The translations under genes and the position numbers were made by a program. Under the pieces are notes generated by a model. The model searched no databases. It had not been told where the DNA came from and saw nothing but the letters and a program-made list of their open reading frames with translations. Positions 51,166 to 62,745 of a stretch of DNA of 64,000 nt are shown piece by piece. Each line of letters begins with the position of its first letter. Position 1 is the stretch's first letter. The stretch is from Azolla caroliniana. Taxonomy: Eukaryota; Plantae; Polypodiophyta. The stretch covers positions 12,028,001 through 12,092,000 of the forward strand of contig JBHGNT010000006.1 in the NCBI GenBank assembly GCA_043228905.1. Reading direction: 5' to 3'.

Positions 51166-53922
51166 ACGCTAACACAAACAACGGAAAGCGATGATGAGGG
51201 GCCGCTAGCCAGACTAGGCAGACAACAGAATGTCAGGATACACCGAATGGGAATTGAACTACCCCCATTCAACGCGGCCCTCGTCGAGGTTCATAGGGAA
51301 CTAGCAAAGGTCAGTCTTGGAGTCAAGGATATGGTGATTAAAAATGAAAATTCTGGAAAACGGTTAAACAGACCCAAGCTGAGCTACAAAAGGCCAACGA
51401 ATGCATCACGGAGTTAGAACGTAACGCGACTACGGCACAACAGGCATCTCGACCAATAGACAATGCCGCCGAGGCCTAGTCCCTGAGAGAAGAGGTTGAA
51501 GCACAGACCGCCATTGCCTCGAAAGCAAAGAGGGCCGTGCAGCTGGCGGAATTGGAGATTGACCGCCTCCGCTCTGAACTTCGCCAATCCGCTGACAGAG
51601 AAAAGGACATTCGGGCCAACGGCCGAAAGGCAGTGAAGACCCTTGAAGAGAAACTTATAGCGGAGGCAACACAACACACCTGCGCGAAAGAAGAAAACTC
51701 CAAACTACGGGAGGAAGTGCAGAAATCGGAAACAATGATCACGGGACTCCGGGCGTTATTGGAAAAGAAGAAAGCATGGTTCGATGAGTAGCCTGTACGG
51801 GAACAGGAAAGGCGGCATCAGCTCGAAATCCGCTTGAACAATGAAATGGGAAATCTGGAGGAGTTACATTCGAAGAAATCTCCGCTATGGGCAGGAATGA
51901 GGAGCAATTATGAGGAAGCGGCGGCAGTCAGTAAACAAGAAATCGAAAACCTCAAGAAAACCGTGGAAGAAGCACACAACCGCTGCCAAGCAATAACCGA
52001 CAACGTGTGCATACTTCTTCAAACAAATCGGGAGAGGTTTAGGACGCAATTACAAGCGGCTCTAGAGAAAGGATGGATGGCGTGGGCTGCACAAGTGGCG
52101 GAGTTGCATACTTACCGGTCGGACTGGGAGAACCGAAGAAAAGATGGCTGAGGTTTCTACAAACTCAATGAGGAAAGCATTGCGGCAGTACGCGAGGACC
52201 TAGTGCAGGATTATCACACGCTAGCGGACCAACACTCCGAGGAACTCGCGCAACTACTAGACGATTTTGGCGAAAGTCAGGAGGACATGTTTCACCAAAT
52301 CATGCAAGCCGGCAACACGCGACCAAATGAGGAATCCATCCTGATACCAGTAAAGGATACTGTTGAACGAGAGGAACCTCAACCCACGTCATCGGAAATA
52401 ACCACTACGGTGGGCAGCACAGAACAAGAAGCGGAGCCCCCCACGATACCCGAAAGTGAGACTGCCGAACAGGACGAACCTCAGCCCCATTCACTGGAGC
52501 GTACAACCACGATTGGCAACACGGAGGAAGTTACGGACAGGACAAAGCCTCAACCTCCCGAGAGCCCACAGGTGGATGAGCCAGCTGCAGTAGAATGGGA
52601 GGAGCCAATAGAGCCCGGACCGCCCACACCAGGAGACCTTAACACCATGGAAAGCCCCACCGAGCACGTACAAGACATGGAACCGCGTAACAACGCATCT
52701 ACGGACACTACCCCGTCCCCGGACTAGGACATCAGGGCGGAACCAAACATCCGTGCCATTTTGGAGGAAGATTAAAGGAGTGGGTTTGACGTGCCATGGC
52801 ACTGTCCCATAGGCGTGCCAGGTGTTGTCCGTTGGAATAGTAACCGACGGACAGAAGCGAAGAAGTATTATAATATAGTAAAAGCATAAGAAACGTATGT
52901 AACGGTTCACGCGGGAAGCGTGAATGGCTAAAAGACCCAGTGTATATAAAGGGCATAAATCTTCTGTAAGAGGTAGCGTGTAATTTTGGTGCATAGAGTG
53001 TTATTTTAATAGAGTACTATCTTCTCTAATTTCTGTGCATATCTGTGGTTGATCTACCGTGTTCTTTGATTCTCAGTGACGTATTGTAATCGTAAGGGCG
53101 TAGGTGTAAGTGCAGTTACTAGTGCATTGTCTAAGGAGTTCGGTTGTAGCCATCTCCCTTATACGCTACTAGGATACGGGGAAGTATCCCTTTATGTATT
53201 ACGGTACGATGGTACCATTCTTTGCAACGTAGTCACCTTGAGGTCTAGGTCGAAGGACTGACTATAGACCATGTTCCTAATCGGTAACACGCTTTCCGGC
53301 TAGCCCTTCTGTCCCACTTCCGGATTCATGATGTTTTCATGTCTCCCTCCTCGAGCCCCATTATCCTTCACAAATCCCAGGATGCCAGGCCCCTCCACAA
53401 TCCCCTGTGGAATTGACGACAGGCGAGGAATACGAGGTCGACCAAATACTTGACTCACGTTTGCATCATCGACACCTGCCTCAAGATTTTCATCGCTGAT
53501 ATCCCCACAAACCGGTGACAGGTTTGGGAAGGCGGCGTAGGAGGGGGGATAATGTCACATCTAGGATGTGACTTGAAACTGTGACCTGTGACACACCCAA
53601 TATGTAGTATTAGATAAACCATTTGGAAACCCTTAAGTTATATGTAAGTTTGTATATGGTGCATATTGTACAACATAGCATATAGAATATTCTAGTCTTT
53701 AGTTTATTCTAGAAATATTCTATGGTATATTCTAGATGAGTATATTCTAGAGATATTTCTTAGGTATATTCTAGAGATTTTCAATCTCAAAACTTGTATA
53801 AATATGTGTGTTCATCTATATTATAATCAAGGTGAACAATACCAATTAGGGAGTCTTTCGATTAATCAACTCATCCCTCTGATTATCTTGTACTCTCTTG
53901 TGTATATTTTCTACCCGTGACA

Positions 53923-56594
53923 CTCTCCCATTCTCTCTCTATCTATACAACGATAATAACATCATTATGAACATTTTTGTCCTAGTTATATTTATACTTA
54001 TATAACTTTAGGGCTATTTACAAATATGACTTCAACGGTCACATCTGAACATATTTACTAATATGTTCCTATTTGCTGGTTCATACCGGATCCATCCGAT
54101 CTGGTATCCGGATACCTTCCGAACCCATCCGTTCTGGTTCCTTCGTTCGGCTCGTCCGATTCGGCTCATTCGGATCCCATTTGGAGGGACGAAATTCCCA
54201 ACAAACTCCCCCTTCACTCTGGCATGGGATGTCTCGTCAATCCGATCCGTTTCCGGCACACGTCCAGCTTCTTAGTTGACAACACCTTGGTCAGCATGTC
54301 CGACCCGTTCTCCTCCATATAGATCTTCGTCAATGAAAACTGTTTATCTTCTACTTTCTCCTGGAGCCAATGGTATCTCCTTTGGATGTGCTTGGTCCGG
54401 GAATGGTAGGCCGCGTTCTTCACAAGATGACTAGCACTTTGATTGTTGCAGTAGAGCTGAAATTCCTCCTGGAGGATGCCTAATTCTCTGATGAAGTCCT
54501 TTATCTAGATTATATCTTTGCCGGCTTCCACAACAACCATATACTGCACTTCCATTGTCAACAGGGCAACAGACTTGTGCAGCCTCGACTGCCACGATAC
54601 GACCCCCCTACATATGCCATGACATATCCGGATGTAGACCGGTTGGTATCCGCATCAGTCGACATATCCGAATCCGTGAATCCTTCAAGTTGGGGTTTAC
54701 CTGAGCCGAATTAGAGGCACATGTTCGAGGTGCCTTTCAAGTACCGGAGTGTCCACTTGACAACGACCTAGTGTTCTTTTCCCGGATTGCTCATAAACCG
54801 GCTGACCACTTCGATAGCCTAATCGATATCCGGTCGTGTATATACCATTGCGTACATGAGGCTTCCGACTGTAGAGGCATACAATATCTTGTTCATTTCC
54901 GACTTCTTAGCCTTAAAGTTTGTCTTCGGGCTCTGTTTTCTAGACAACTTGCAATTTGCTGGAAGTATTGACCGGACCGGCTTAGCATCCGACATGTTGA
55001 ACCTTTGAAGTACCTTTGTCACATACTTCTCCTATGACAACCAAAACTGCTTCTTCGTCCGGTCCCAGACTATATGCATTCCTAGGATCTGTCTCATCGG
55101 GCCCAAATCTTTCATTGAGAAGGTCTGGCTCAAGGCCTTCTTTTGCATCCCGATTTTGATTTGGTCCGGTCTGACGATCAGCATGTCGTCCACATACAAC
55201 AAGAGTATCAAGAAGTCACCTCCATCAAATTTCTTCACGAATACGTTGTGGTCGGCCCGCGTCTTGTGGTTCCTTGAAAGGTCATGAAGGAGTCGAACTT
55301 CCGGTACCATTGCCGGGGAGCTTGCTTCAGTCCGTATAAGATCTTTGTCAACCGGCGCACCAAGTGCTCCTTCCCTTTCTTGACAAATACTTCTGGTTGC
55401 TGCATGTAGATCTCCTCATCAAGGTCTCCATGAAGGAATGCCGTCTTCACATCTAGCTGTTTGACCTCGAGGTCCATGCTTGCCGCTATGCTCAACACAG
55501 TCCGGATGAATGTCATCTTTACTACCGGGGCAAAGATTTCATCGAAATCCACTAGTTTCTTCTGCTGGAAACCCTTCACCACAATGCGAGCTTTGTACCT
55601 TGGTGGATTTCCGTTGTCTCCTGGTTTTAGGTTGTACACCCACTTGTTCTGAAGCACCCTTTTTCCTTTCAGCAACTTTATCAATTCATGTGTGGTTCTC
55701 GTGCAAGGAATCCATCTCATCCTGCATGGCAGTTAGCCACTTGCGGTTGTGGGTGTCCTTCATTGCTTCTTCAAGGCATTCCGGCTCCCCCTCGTTGGTT
55801 AGTCAAACATGCTTTGCATTCGAAAATCTCCGAGGGGCCCTCTCTCTTAGAGGGTATCTCCATCCTTGGTCCTCAATCACCGGTTCCAGTGTCTAGATCT
55901 TCTTCTTTGGTCGATTTGGTTTCTTGTCGGAATCCGGCCAGTTCCCCGAGTGTCATCCGGCTTCCGGCCAGATGGGTCATTGTATCTTCTGACCGATCTT
56001 TGTTGGTCGACCCGGAGTCCCAGTCGACTTGGAGTCCTTGTATTATCTTCTTCTTCGACTCCTAGTTGACAATGTTCTTGTGTTTCATGAAGACTATGTT
56101 TCCACTTCAGAAGACCTTCTTGTCGACCAAGTCTGACAGTCGATAGCCGAACTCATCATCGTTGTATCCAAGGAATATGCATGGCCGGTACTTCGGATCC
56201 AACTTTTCTCTCTTGTCCTTTGCAACATGCACATAAGCAAGAAAACCGAACACCTTCAGATGCCGGTAAGACACGTCTTTACTGGTCCATACTCTTTGTG
56301 GTGTGTCTCCGTCCAAGGGTGTTGACGATGATCGATTTATCATGTAAGTCGCCGTCATCAATGCCTCAACCCAAAACGTCTTGGACAACTTAGCATGTGC
56401 CAGCATGCTCCGGACTCTCTCCATCACAGTCTGGTTCATCCTTTTGGCCAATCCGTTCAATTTTGGTTTCTTCGACACGGTGAATTTGAGCCGGATTCCC
56501 TTTGATCGGTAGTACTCCTCGGACTGCCCCCTGTATTCGCCCCCGTTGTCCGGTCGAGCCGCCTTCAGCTTCAGGCCAGTTTCCCTTTCCACTC
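53923..56594 (-). mobile_element. Ty1/Copia 3' half (INT, RT, RNase H, PPT, partial 3' LTR 53923-54203)
   Basis: RPDNGGEY, HLKVFG, YKARIVVKGF, QLDVKTAFLHGDL, LLYVDDML, YTRPDI, HSRTKHIQRRYHW. Minus-strand AAGGGGGAG-tt-TGTTGGG gives the PPT/LTR junction at 54203. Confidence 0.92.
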
Positions 56595-57574
56595 TGTTGA
56601 GCAAGCAAGCTCAACCGGATCCGGATTGGCTGAATAAACCTGAGCCGGATTGACATCTGGAAGATGAGTCGGATCGGTATCCGGAAACAACCGGTCGGAT
56701 CGGGGAGCTGGATTCGAGCGGGAACCGGAAGCCTAGTCGTAGCATAGACTACTAGGTAATCATTGTCTGATAGTTAGTGTCAGTCGCATGTGTGAGCATT
56801 GAAGTACCTGCCAGTACTTCTGTTAGTCCTTTATGGACTTGTATAAATAGTGCTGTAGAAGCGGTTTTTCAAAAGTAGATAAAAATAGAAAAAGTAAGAG
56901 AAAAAAAGAAACGCAAGGCGTGGAATTGAGGAGCAAGGTAGAGAAAAAAGCTCATAATTTCCTCATCCGATGTCCAAATTAGACAAGAAAAGATCCATAA
57001 AAAAGCTAACTCAAAGGGCTTTCCAAAAATAATTTATATGTCTAATTTGGACTTACACCGTGATAGCAAGGGAGTTGAGAAAGGCTACATGAGTAGACAA
57101 GCCGGCTGAAATGATCGATGCGCGCGGAATCGGACTGGTCGAGGAGTGCGAGCGAGGCGTGAAGCTAGGAGAAGCCGGAGCGAAGATCCGAAAAAGCATA
57201 TGGAACCTCAAGTTGAGCTTGAGGGGGAGTCTTGAGAGACAAACTCAACATTGGGTGCGTAAATGGGTGCATAACCCAGTGTGTAGTCTGGGTGCGTAAA
57301 ACCATACGCAAAATATTGTCGTGGCGGTGTTTAAACCGAAAGGCCGTTAGAACTATATTCCTTGTAAGGAATAGTGTAGAAGGCTCATTTATGAGTGGTC
57401 AAGTACTGTCAGTACTTGTGTCAGCCTGATAGTCAGGGCTTTATTAAAAGGTGCTCATTGAGCACGAAATATGTATAGAGAACATACAGAGAATTATTTT
57501 TTGAATATAGTTTTGTATTTTTGCAAAGTCTGTCTCTCCCTCTCCTTCTCTGTGATTTCTGTGTTTTATCCAAC
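56595..57574 (+). mobile_element. LTR-like sequence (~1 kb), probable solo or orphan LTR
   Basis: Starts TGTTGAGCAAGCAAGCTCAACCGGATCCGG, interrupts the Copia INT, contains TATAAATA. A related start occurs at 62458. Right end approximate. Confidence 0.6.
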
Positions 57575-58521
57575 TGTCCTACTTCCGAACCGTGTACTTT
57601 GTGCTCTTACACATACGCTTCCGCACACATATTCTATTACAGCTTCATTGACGATCATAGTCGTAAGTTGTGGGCTTACATGCTAGAGACAAAGGATCAA
57701 GCACTGAGTGTCATCAAGGAGTTCCAGGCTAGAGCCGAGAGAGAAACAGGTCGGAAATTGAAGGCGGTCCGAACGAACAATGGAGGAGAATACCGAGGGT
57801 AATTGAAGAGTACTATCGAACGCAAGGTAGTCGGCTAGAGTACACAGTGTCGAAGACGCCAGAGTTAAACGGTATGGCCAAGAGAATGAACCGTTACGAT
57901 ACCATTATGGAGAGAGTTCGATGTATGTTGGCACATGCCAAGTTGCCGAAGATATATTGGGCCGAGGCGTTGATGACATATGTTTTCATTATAAACAGAT
58001 CTCCCTCAGTTCCATTGGATGGTGACATACCACAAAGGGTATGGTCCAGCAAGGAGGTGTCATGCAAGCATTTGAGAGTGTTTGGTTGCTTGGCCTATGT
58101 GCTTATAACTAAGGACCAGAGGGGGAAACTCGATCCCAAGAGCCGACCGTACCTATTTCTCGGCTATGACGAAGATGAATTCGGCTATTGGCTATGGGAC
58201 CTAATCAACGAAAAGGTGATTAGGAGCAACGATATTGTCTTTATGGAAGAGAAGACAATAGTTGATTGGGAGATTGAAAATAGGTCTCTAGTTGCCGATT
58301 CGAGCCGAGTCGATTGTTATGGCATGACCATATAATATCCCGTGGTAAAATTGTACCGTAGTATTCTATACACATGAATAAAGTACTACGGTACAATTTT
58401 ACCACGGGATATTATATGGCCATGCCCATAACATCGATGATCGGCTCGGTCGATTCGACTGAAATCAGATACGAACCAGTTGGCCAACTCAATAAATGTG
58501 AAAATTGAGAACCGACTAAGG
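57575..58521 (+). mobile_element. Copia integrase fragment, same family as 56107-56594 but inverted
   Basis: FIDDHSRKLW, RTNNGGEY, TPELNGMAKRMN, HLRVFGCLAYV, KLDPKSRP. Confidence 0.88.
58315..58433. mobile_element. 119-bp foldback insertion with TGT...ACA ends and 5-bp TSD
   Basis: TSD TCGAT at 58310-58314 and 58434-58438. Arms of ~55 bp are near-perfect inverted repeats (TGTTATGG...CCATAACA). Confidence 0.9.
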
Positions 58522-60400
58522 TGTTAGGAATATGTCCCTCCTATGGGAGCAACCAATTGGTCGGACTGAAAGCCGACAGTTGAAGACAAGCTAAGAATCG
58601 ACAGTCGGGCTAAGCGTCGACTGTCGAAAACAAGGGAGAGTCAATAGCAGATGATCCAAGTCGAAGATAAGCGCGACTAGTTGAGCTGACCGGAGGGCCA
58701 ATGGACAAGGCCGACTGGACAGTCAACACTGGAGTCGACTAGTCGATCAGTCGGCCGACTAACTATTATTGTTATTTGGTATAATAATAGGAATGATAGT
58801 TGTCGTGGCTACATTTGTAAATAGCCCATAGTGTATAAATACAAATACACTTAGGGAAAACAGAGAATGATATTGAACAATAGATATGTATTAGAGTTTC
58901 TGTAGTTGAGAGTTGTAGAGTGAAGTGAGTGCGTGAGAGAGAGCGATGACAGAGTTTAGTGAACTTGCCAAGAACCCTAAGTGGTTATCCTCTAAATATC
59001 AGCGAAGAGTTGTAACTGGTTCTGTACTCTCTATTGTATAGTGGAAGATCTATGCTCTCGTGGTTTTCCCCGTAAAGGGTTTCCACGTATTTTGTGTGCA
59101 TGGTGCATCTTGTTTATTTGTTGTTTTCTGTTCCGACTTCTGTATTTTCTGCATGTCTTTCTCATGGATATTCGATTTGAGCTCATCAAACTGGTATCAG
59201 AGCTTGAGGTGCAAGCATGGAAGGAGGTGTGAGCGGTTTCCCAAGTATGATAGTTCTAAACTCACAGAAACTACGCAGACTCGAAGATAAAGATGGAAGA
59301 CCTTCTCATAGTCAAAGACCTGTACGAGCCCATCGACTGAGCAGAAATACCCACGGGGGTATTAGAGTCTGAATGGAAATTTCTGAACAAAAAGGCGGTG
59401 TCCACCATCGGACAATGTGTCGACGTAAATGTCCTTCAGCATGTGGCGAATAACACAAATGCCTATGAGATGTGGCATAAACTGTCAGGTCTATATGAGA
59501 GGAAGAACGCCCCCAACAAAACATCATTGATGAGAAAGATTGTGAGGCTGAAATATAGGGACGGAGAAAGCATAGTGGAGCATGTAAGCACATTCATGGG
59601 GTATGCATGCCATCTTGCTACTGCGTACCCTACCAGACAGCTGGGAGAACCTGGTGGTGACTCTCATCACCTCGTGTCAAGAAGAGAACTTGTCCTCACA
59701 AAAGGTAAAAACAAGCATCTTGAACGAGGAGATTGGAAGGACAAGGGTGTCTTAGCCCAGTCGGAGTCAAAGTTGACTCAACATACCGACAGAAGAAGGA
59801 ACCGGCAAAGAAGTCCACTGAGGAGAGAAAAGTCCCAACCAAGATCCAAGTCCAGAGGTAAGCTAACATGCTTCTATTATGGAAATCCTAGACACTTTCA
59901 GAAGAACTGTTGACATATGAGGGAGGACAAAGTTGTCGGTAATGGTGTCGAACCCAGGAAGATTCCTGATGAAAAGGGCACATCAACTGTAGCTACAAGT
60001 GCAGAGGAGATCCTGTTCATTTGTGAATAGGCAACCACAAATCTTGCAAGTGAAGAGTGCACATGGGTGATCGACTCTAGTGCATCATTTCATATAACTC
60101 CGATGAGGGAGTTCTTCTCGACTTATACAACTGGAGACCATGCCTATGTAAAGATGGGAGACAATGGCGAGTGCAAGATAGTCGGCATAGGAAATGTAAG
60201 CCTGATGATGTTGATAGGCTATCGACTGACTTTGAGGGAAGTTCGACATTTCCCCGATATCAGATTGAATCTGATATTCACTAAAAGGCTGGATGATGAA
60301 GGCTATAGTGGTAGCTTCCAAAATGGCAAGTGGAAGTTCTGCCGAGGAAACCTCATAGTGGCCTGAGCGTAGAAAGAAGGCACATTATATATGATGCATG
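58522..60400 (+). mobile_element. Copia 5' part: LTR 58522-59188, Met PBS 59192-59203, gag, protease
   Basis: TGTTAGG...CATCA then TGGTATCAGAGC. Gag AYEMWHKLSGLYE, knuckle remnant CFYYGNPRHFQKNC, PR WVIDSSASFHIT. Confidence 0.9.
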
Positions 60401-62348
60401 CCCCACTGTGCTTGTCTCGGTTTAGATAACTTTGGCATACATGGCCAATTTGACCTCGTTAGAATTGAGGATGAACATTCGGCCTTCTCTCCGTCCCCTA
60501 GCTATGAGTCAACCATCTTTTTCTATAAAGCATCCTTCGTTGTTGAAACGAACTTGCATGCCTTGCTCCATGATTTGGCCAACCGAGACCAAATTCTATG
60601 TTATTGTCGGTACATGCAAGACATTTTTGAGGCAAGTTTGTTCCCCTTATTTCCCAAATGAGACATTGTTGATGTGCCGAATGGGATGTGTGGTGTCGTC
60701 TCCCGTCTCTATGTAGCCGAGTCGATCCGGCGTTCTTAAGTCACGGTACCACTCTTGGTGTGACGGCATATGATGTGAGCCGCCGAAGTCGACGAACTAC
60801 ACGTCTTCTGAGTTGGAGGTGTTTGTGGAGTCGAAGGCCGACATAGAGTTCGCTCTATGTATCATTACGAATAGTCCACCGTAGTCGTTGTATTCGGAGT
60901 TGGTGGCGTAGTTTGTGAGTTGTTGGCTTGTCAAAGCCAACTCACTTCTCTTCTTCCGATACTCCTCTTCAGGATGGCCGATCTTCCCACAATAGTTGCA
61001 AGTGGCGGGCCTCGTTTGCTGACTTTGATCGGCATGCAAGCTCCCTTCTTCCGAAGGTTCCTCGATGGTTTCTGTCTGGTTGTTGAAGTTTTGAGTTCCC
61101 TTTGTGAAATGGGTCGAATCGACCTCTTCCACTGCCACGACCTCGTCCTCGGCCACCATCCGAATTCGAGAATAACATTTGTCCTTGTGATGTCTTGATC
61201 TTGGTTCAGACATAGTTCTCTTCGACCAATAACATTGATTGGAGGTCGAAGAACGAAGGAGAGTTTTCTCTCACTAAGATAACTGCCCTTATCGGGTCGA
61301 ATTGATGTGCGAGGCTGCCCAAGCATACTTGAACCATCTTGTCTTTGTCGATGTTTACGTTTATGTTGATAGAGCCAAGCGAGTCGCAAATTCTCTTGAT
61401 CTTGGCGGTGTAGTCCGACACGAGCATACCTTTTTGTTGTATGTTGTTCAACTCTTGCTGGAGTTGAAGCTTGCGGACGGTCGTGTAGGTGACGAACATT
61501 TTCTTTAAGTTCGCCCACACTTCTTTAGGCGTCTTGGCGTTTGGAATGTGGCTAAGCATGTGGTCATGGACACATGTTTCCAAGCAATACATTACTCGAT
61601 TCGCTCCTTGCGCCCACTTTGGGTAGTTGGCGTTTGTGATGTCGGGTTTGTTTTTTAGTGCACCGGTGATGTAGCTTCAATAACCTTGGCCGACTAGGTA
61701 TTGGTTCATCTCGTACTCCCAAGATGAAAAATTGCTCCGGTCTAGCTTTTCACTAGGGAGCGAGCTACATTTGTGTGTTCATGTTGATGTAGTGTCTTCC
61801 TTTTTGGTTTTTCTTCCTTCGGTCACGTAAACGTGCTACACAACGGCACTATAGTAGTGGATAGTCGAATTTGTGGATGGGCTTAGTGGATGTGCTAAAC
61901 CACACACTCTGATACAATATTAATAATTAGGTAATTAACTAGGGTCTAATTATGTGAATATTGATAAAGCAACGGAAGATTACGTGATTTGTGTGTGAGA
62001 GGAAGAGAGAGAGGATGATACACTTATAAACAATAATATAAATGGGGGATGATTAACAAGAGTGTAGCTAAAGACCGTTCTCTATATTAATAAGCATCAA
62101 AATACAACGATATCCACAATGTGGTATATATACATCTCATGTGCGAGGGTGCACATGTGTGAGGAGAATAGAAGTGTAAGTCCTATATTAAAAGAACATG
62201 TGAGTGGAGGATCTAGAATGTATCCTACTCCAGACAAAATCCTATTTAAGGCTTTAAGGTCAACACACTACCTAGATTCTATCTAGGTAACTACTAAGTT
62301 ACGTGTTTAACTAAATGACTAAACTAAGTTGAGCTTGACATCTCAACA
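60400..62348 (-). mobile_element. Second Copia 5' part in opposite orientation: LTR ~61918-62348, degenerate Met PBS, gag, protease
   Basis: KTPKEVWANLKK, CNYCGKIGH, (W)FVDFGGSHHM on the minus strand. ACTCTGATACA at ~61906-61916 is a degenerate complement of TGGTATCAGAGC. Confidence 0.85.
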
Positions 62349-62457
62349 CTTTTATTACCGAAAAATGCTCAGTACTCAACTACATACAATGTGCTCACAA
62401 AACAGTTTTTATACAAGCCCATCTTTCAGGGCCATTAAGAAGTATTGACATGTACTT

Positions 62458-62745
62458 TGTTGAGCGGGCAAGCTCAACTGGATCCGGATCGGCTGAATAA
62501 GCTAGAGTCGGATTGGTGTCCGGATAGATCGGTATTCGGAACCTAGAGCCCGACTGGAGAACCAGATCGTACTCTAGAATAGTGAGAACCGGTAGGCCAT
62601 TGGAGCCTACGATCCGAGCCTAGTACGTAGGCATATTCTTTGGAGTTAGTGTCAGTCCCTCGTATGAGCATTGAAGTACATGTCAGTACTTCTGTCTGTA
62701 CAGAAGGGTCACAAAGAAAGCGAGTGCTAGAAGAAAAGAGCCGAT
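62458..62745 (+). repeat. Truncated relative of the 56595 LTR-like sequence
   Basis: TGTTGAGCGGGCAAGCTCAACTGGATCCGGATCGGCTGAATAA...GTTAGTGTCAGTC...GAGCATTGAAGTAC is shared with 56595-56830. Confidence 0.75.

Larger units (their letters stand above)
44180..52727 (+). pseudogene. G3 extra ORF (44180-45203 joined to 51170-52727): globular N-part, coiled coil, acidic Pro/Glu/Thr tail
   Basis: Removing G2 and one 4-bp TSD restores the frame (QQMIECT-LTQTTESDDEG). Heptad-like E/K/L-rich ORFs at 51537-52151. Several stops. Confidence 0.7.
38064..53289 (+). mobile_element. Full-length non-chromovirus Gypsy (element G3, Athila/Tat/Selgy-like RT) with extra 3' ORF; contains nested G2
   Basis: 467-bp LTRs 38064-38530 and 52823-53289 (TGTT...AACA), TSD CGCCT/CGCTT, PBS TGGCACGC 38535-38542. 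PR IDDGSGVN, RT RVCVDYRKLN / FLDDFSGYNQV, RH YASQKLSKAERNYSTTERE, INT FQKWGLDFVGP. Confidence 0.93.
37088..53922 (+). mobile_element. 5'-truncated chromovirus-type Gypsy (integrase 37088-38063; resumes 53290 with chromodomain remnant, PPT and 3' LTR 53553-53922)
   Basis: VVVDWFTKMAHF, ISDRGPQF, AYHPQTDG, KLEPFYI, then after the insertion IHDVF(H)VSLLEP and EEYEVDQILDSR. PPT GGAGGGGGGA. LTR TGTCAC...GTGACA. Confidence 0.85.
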
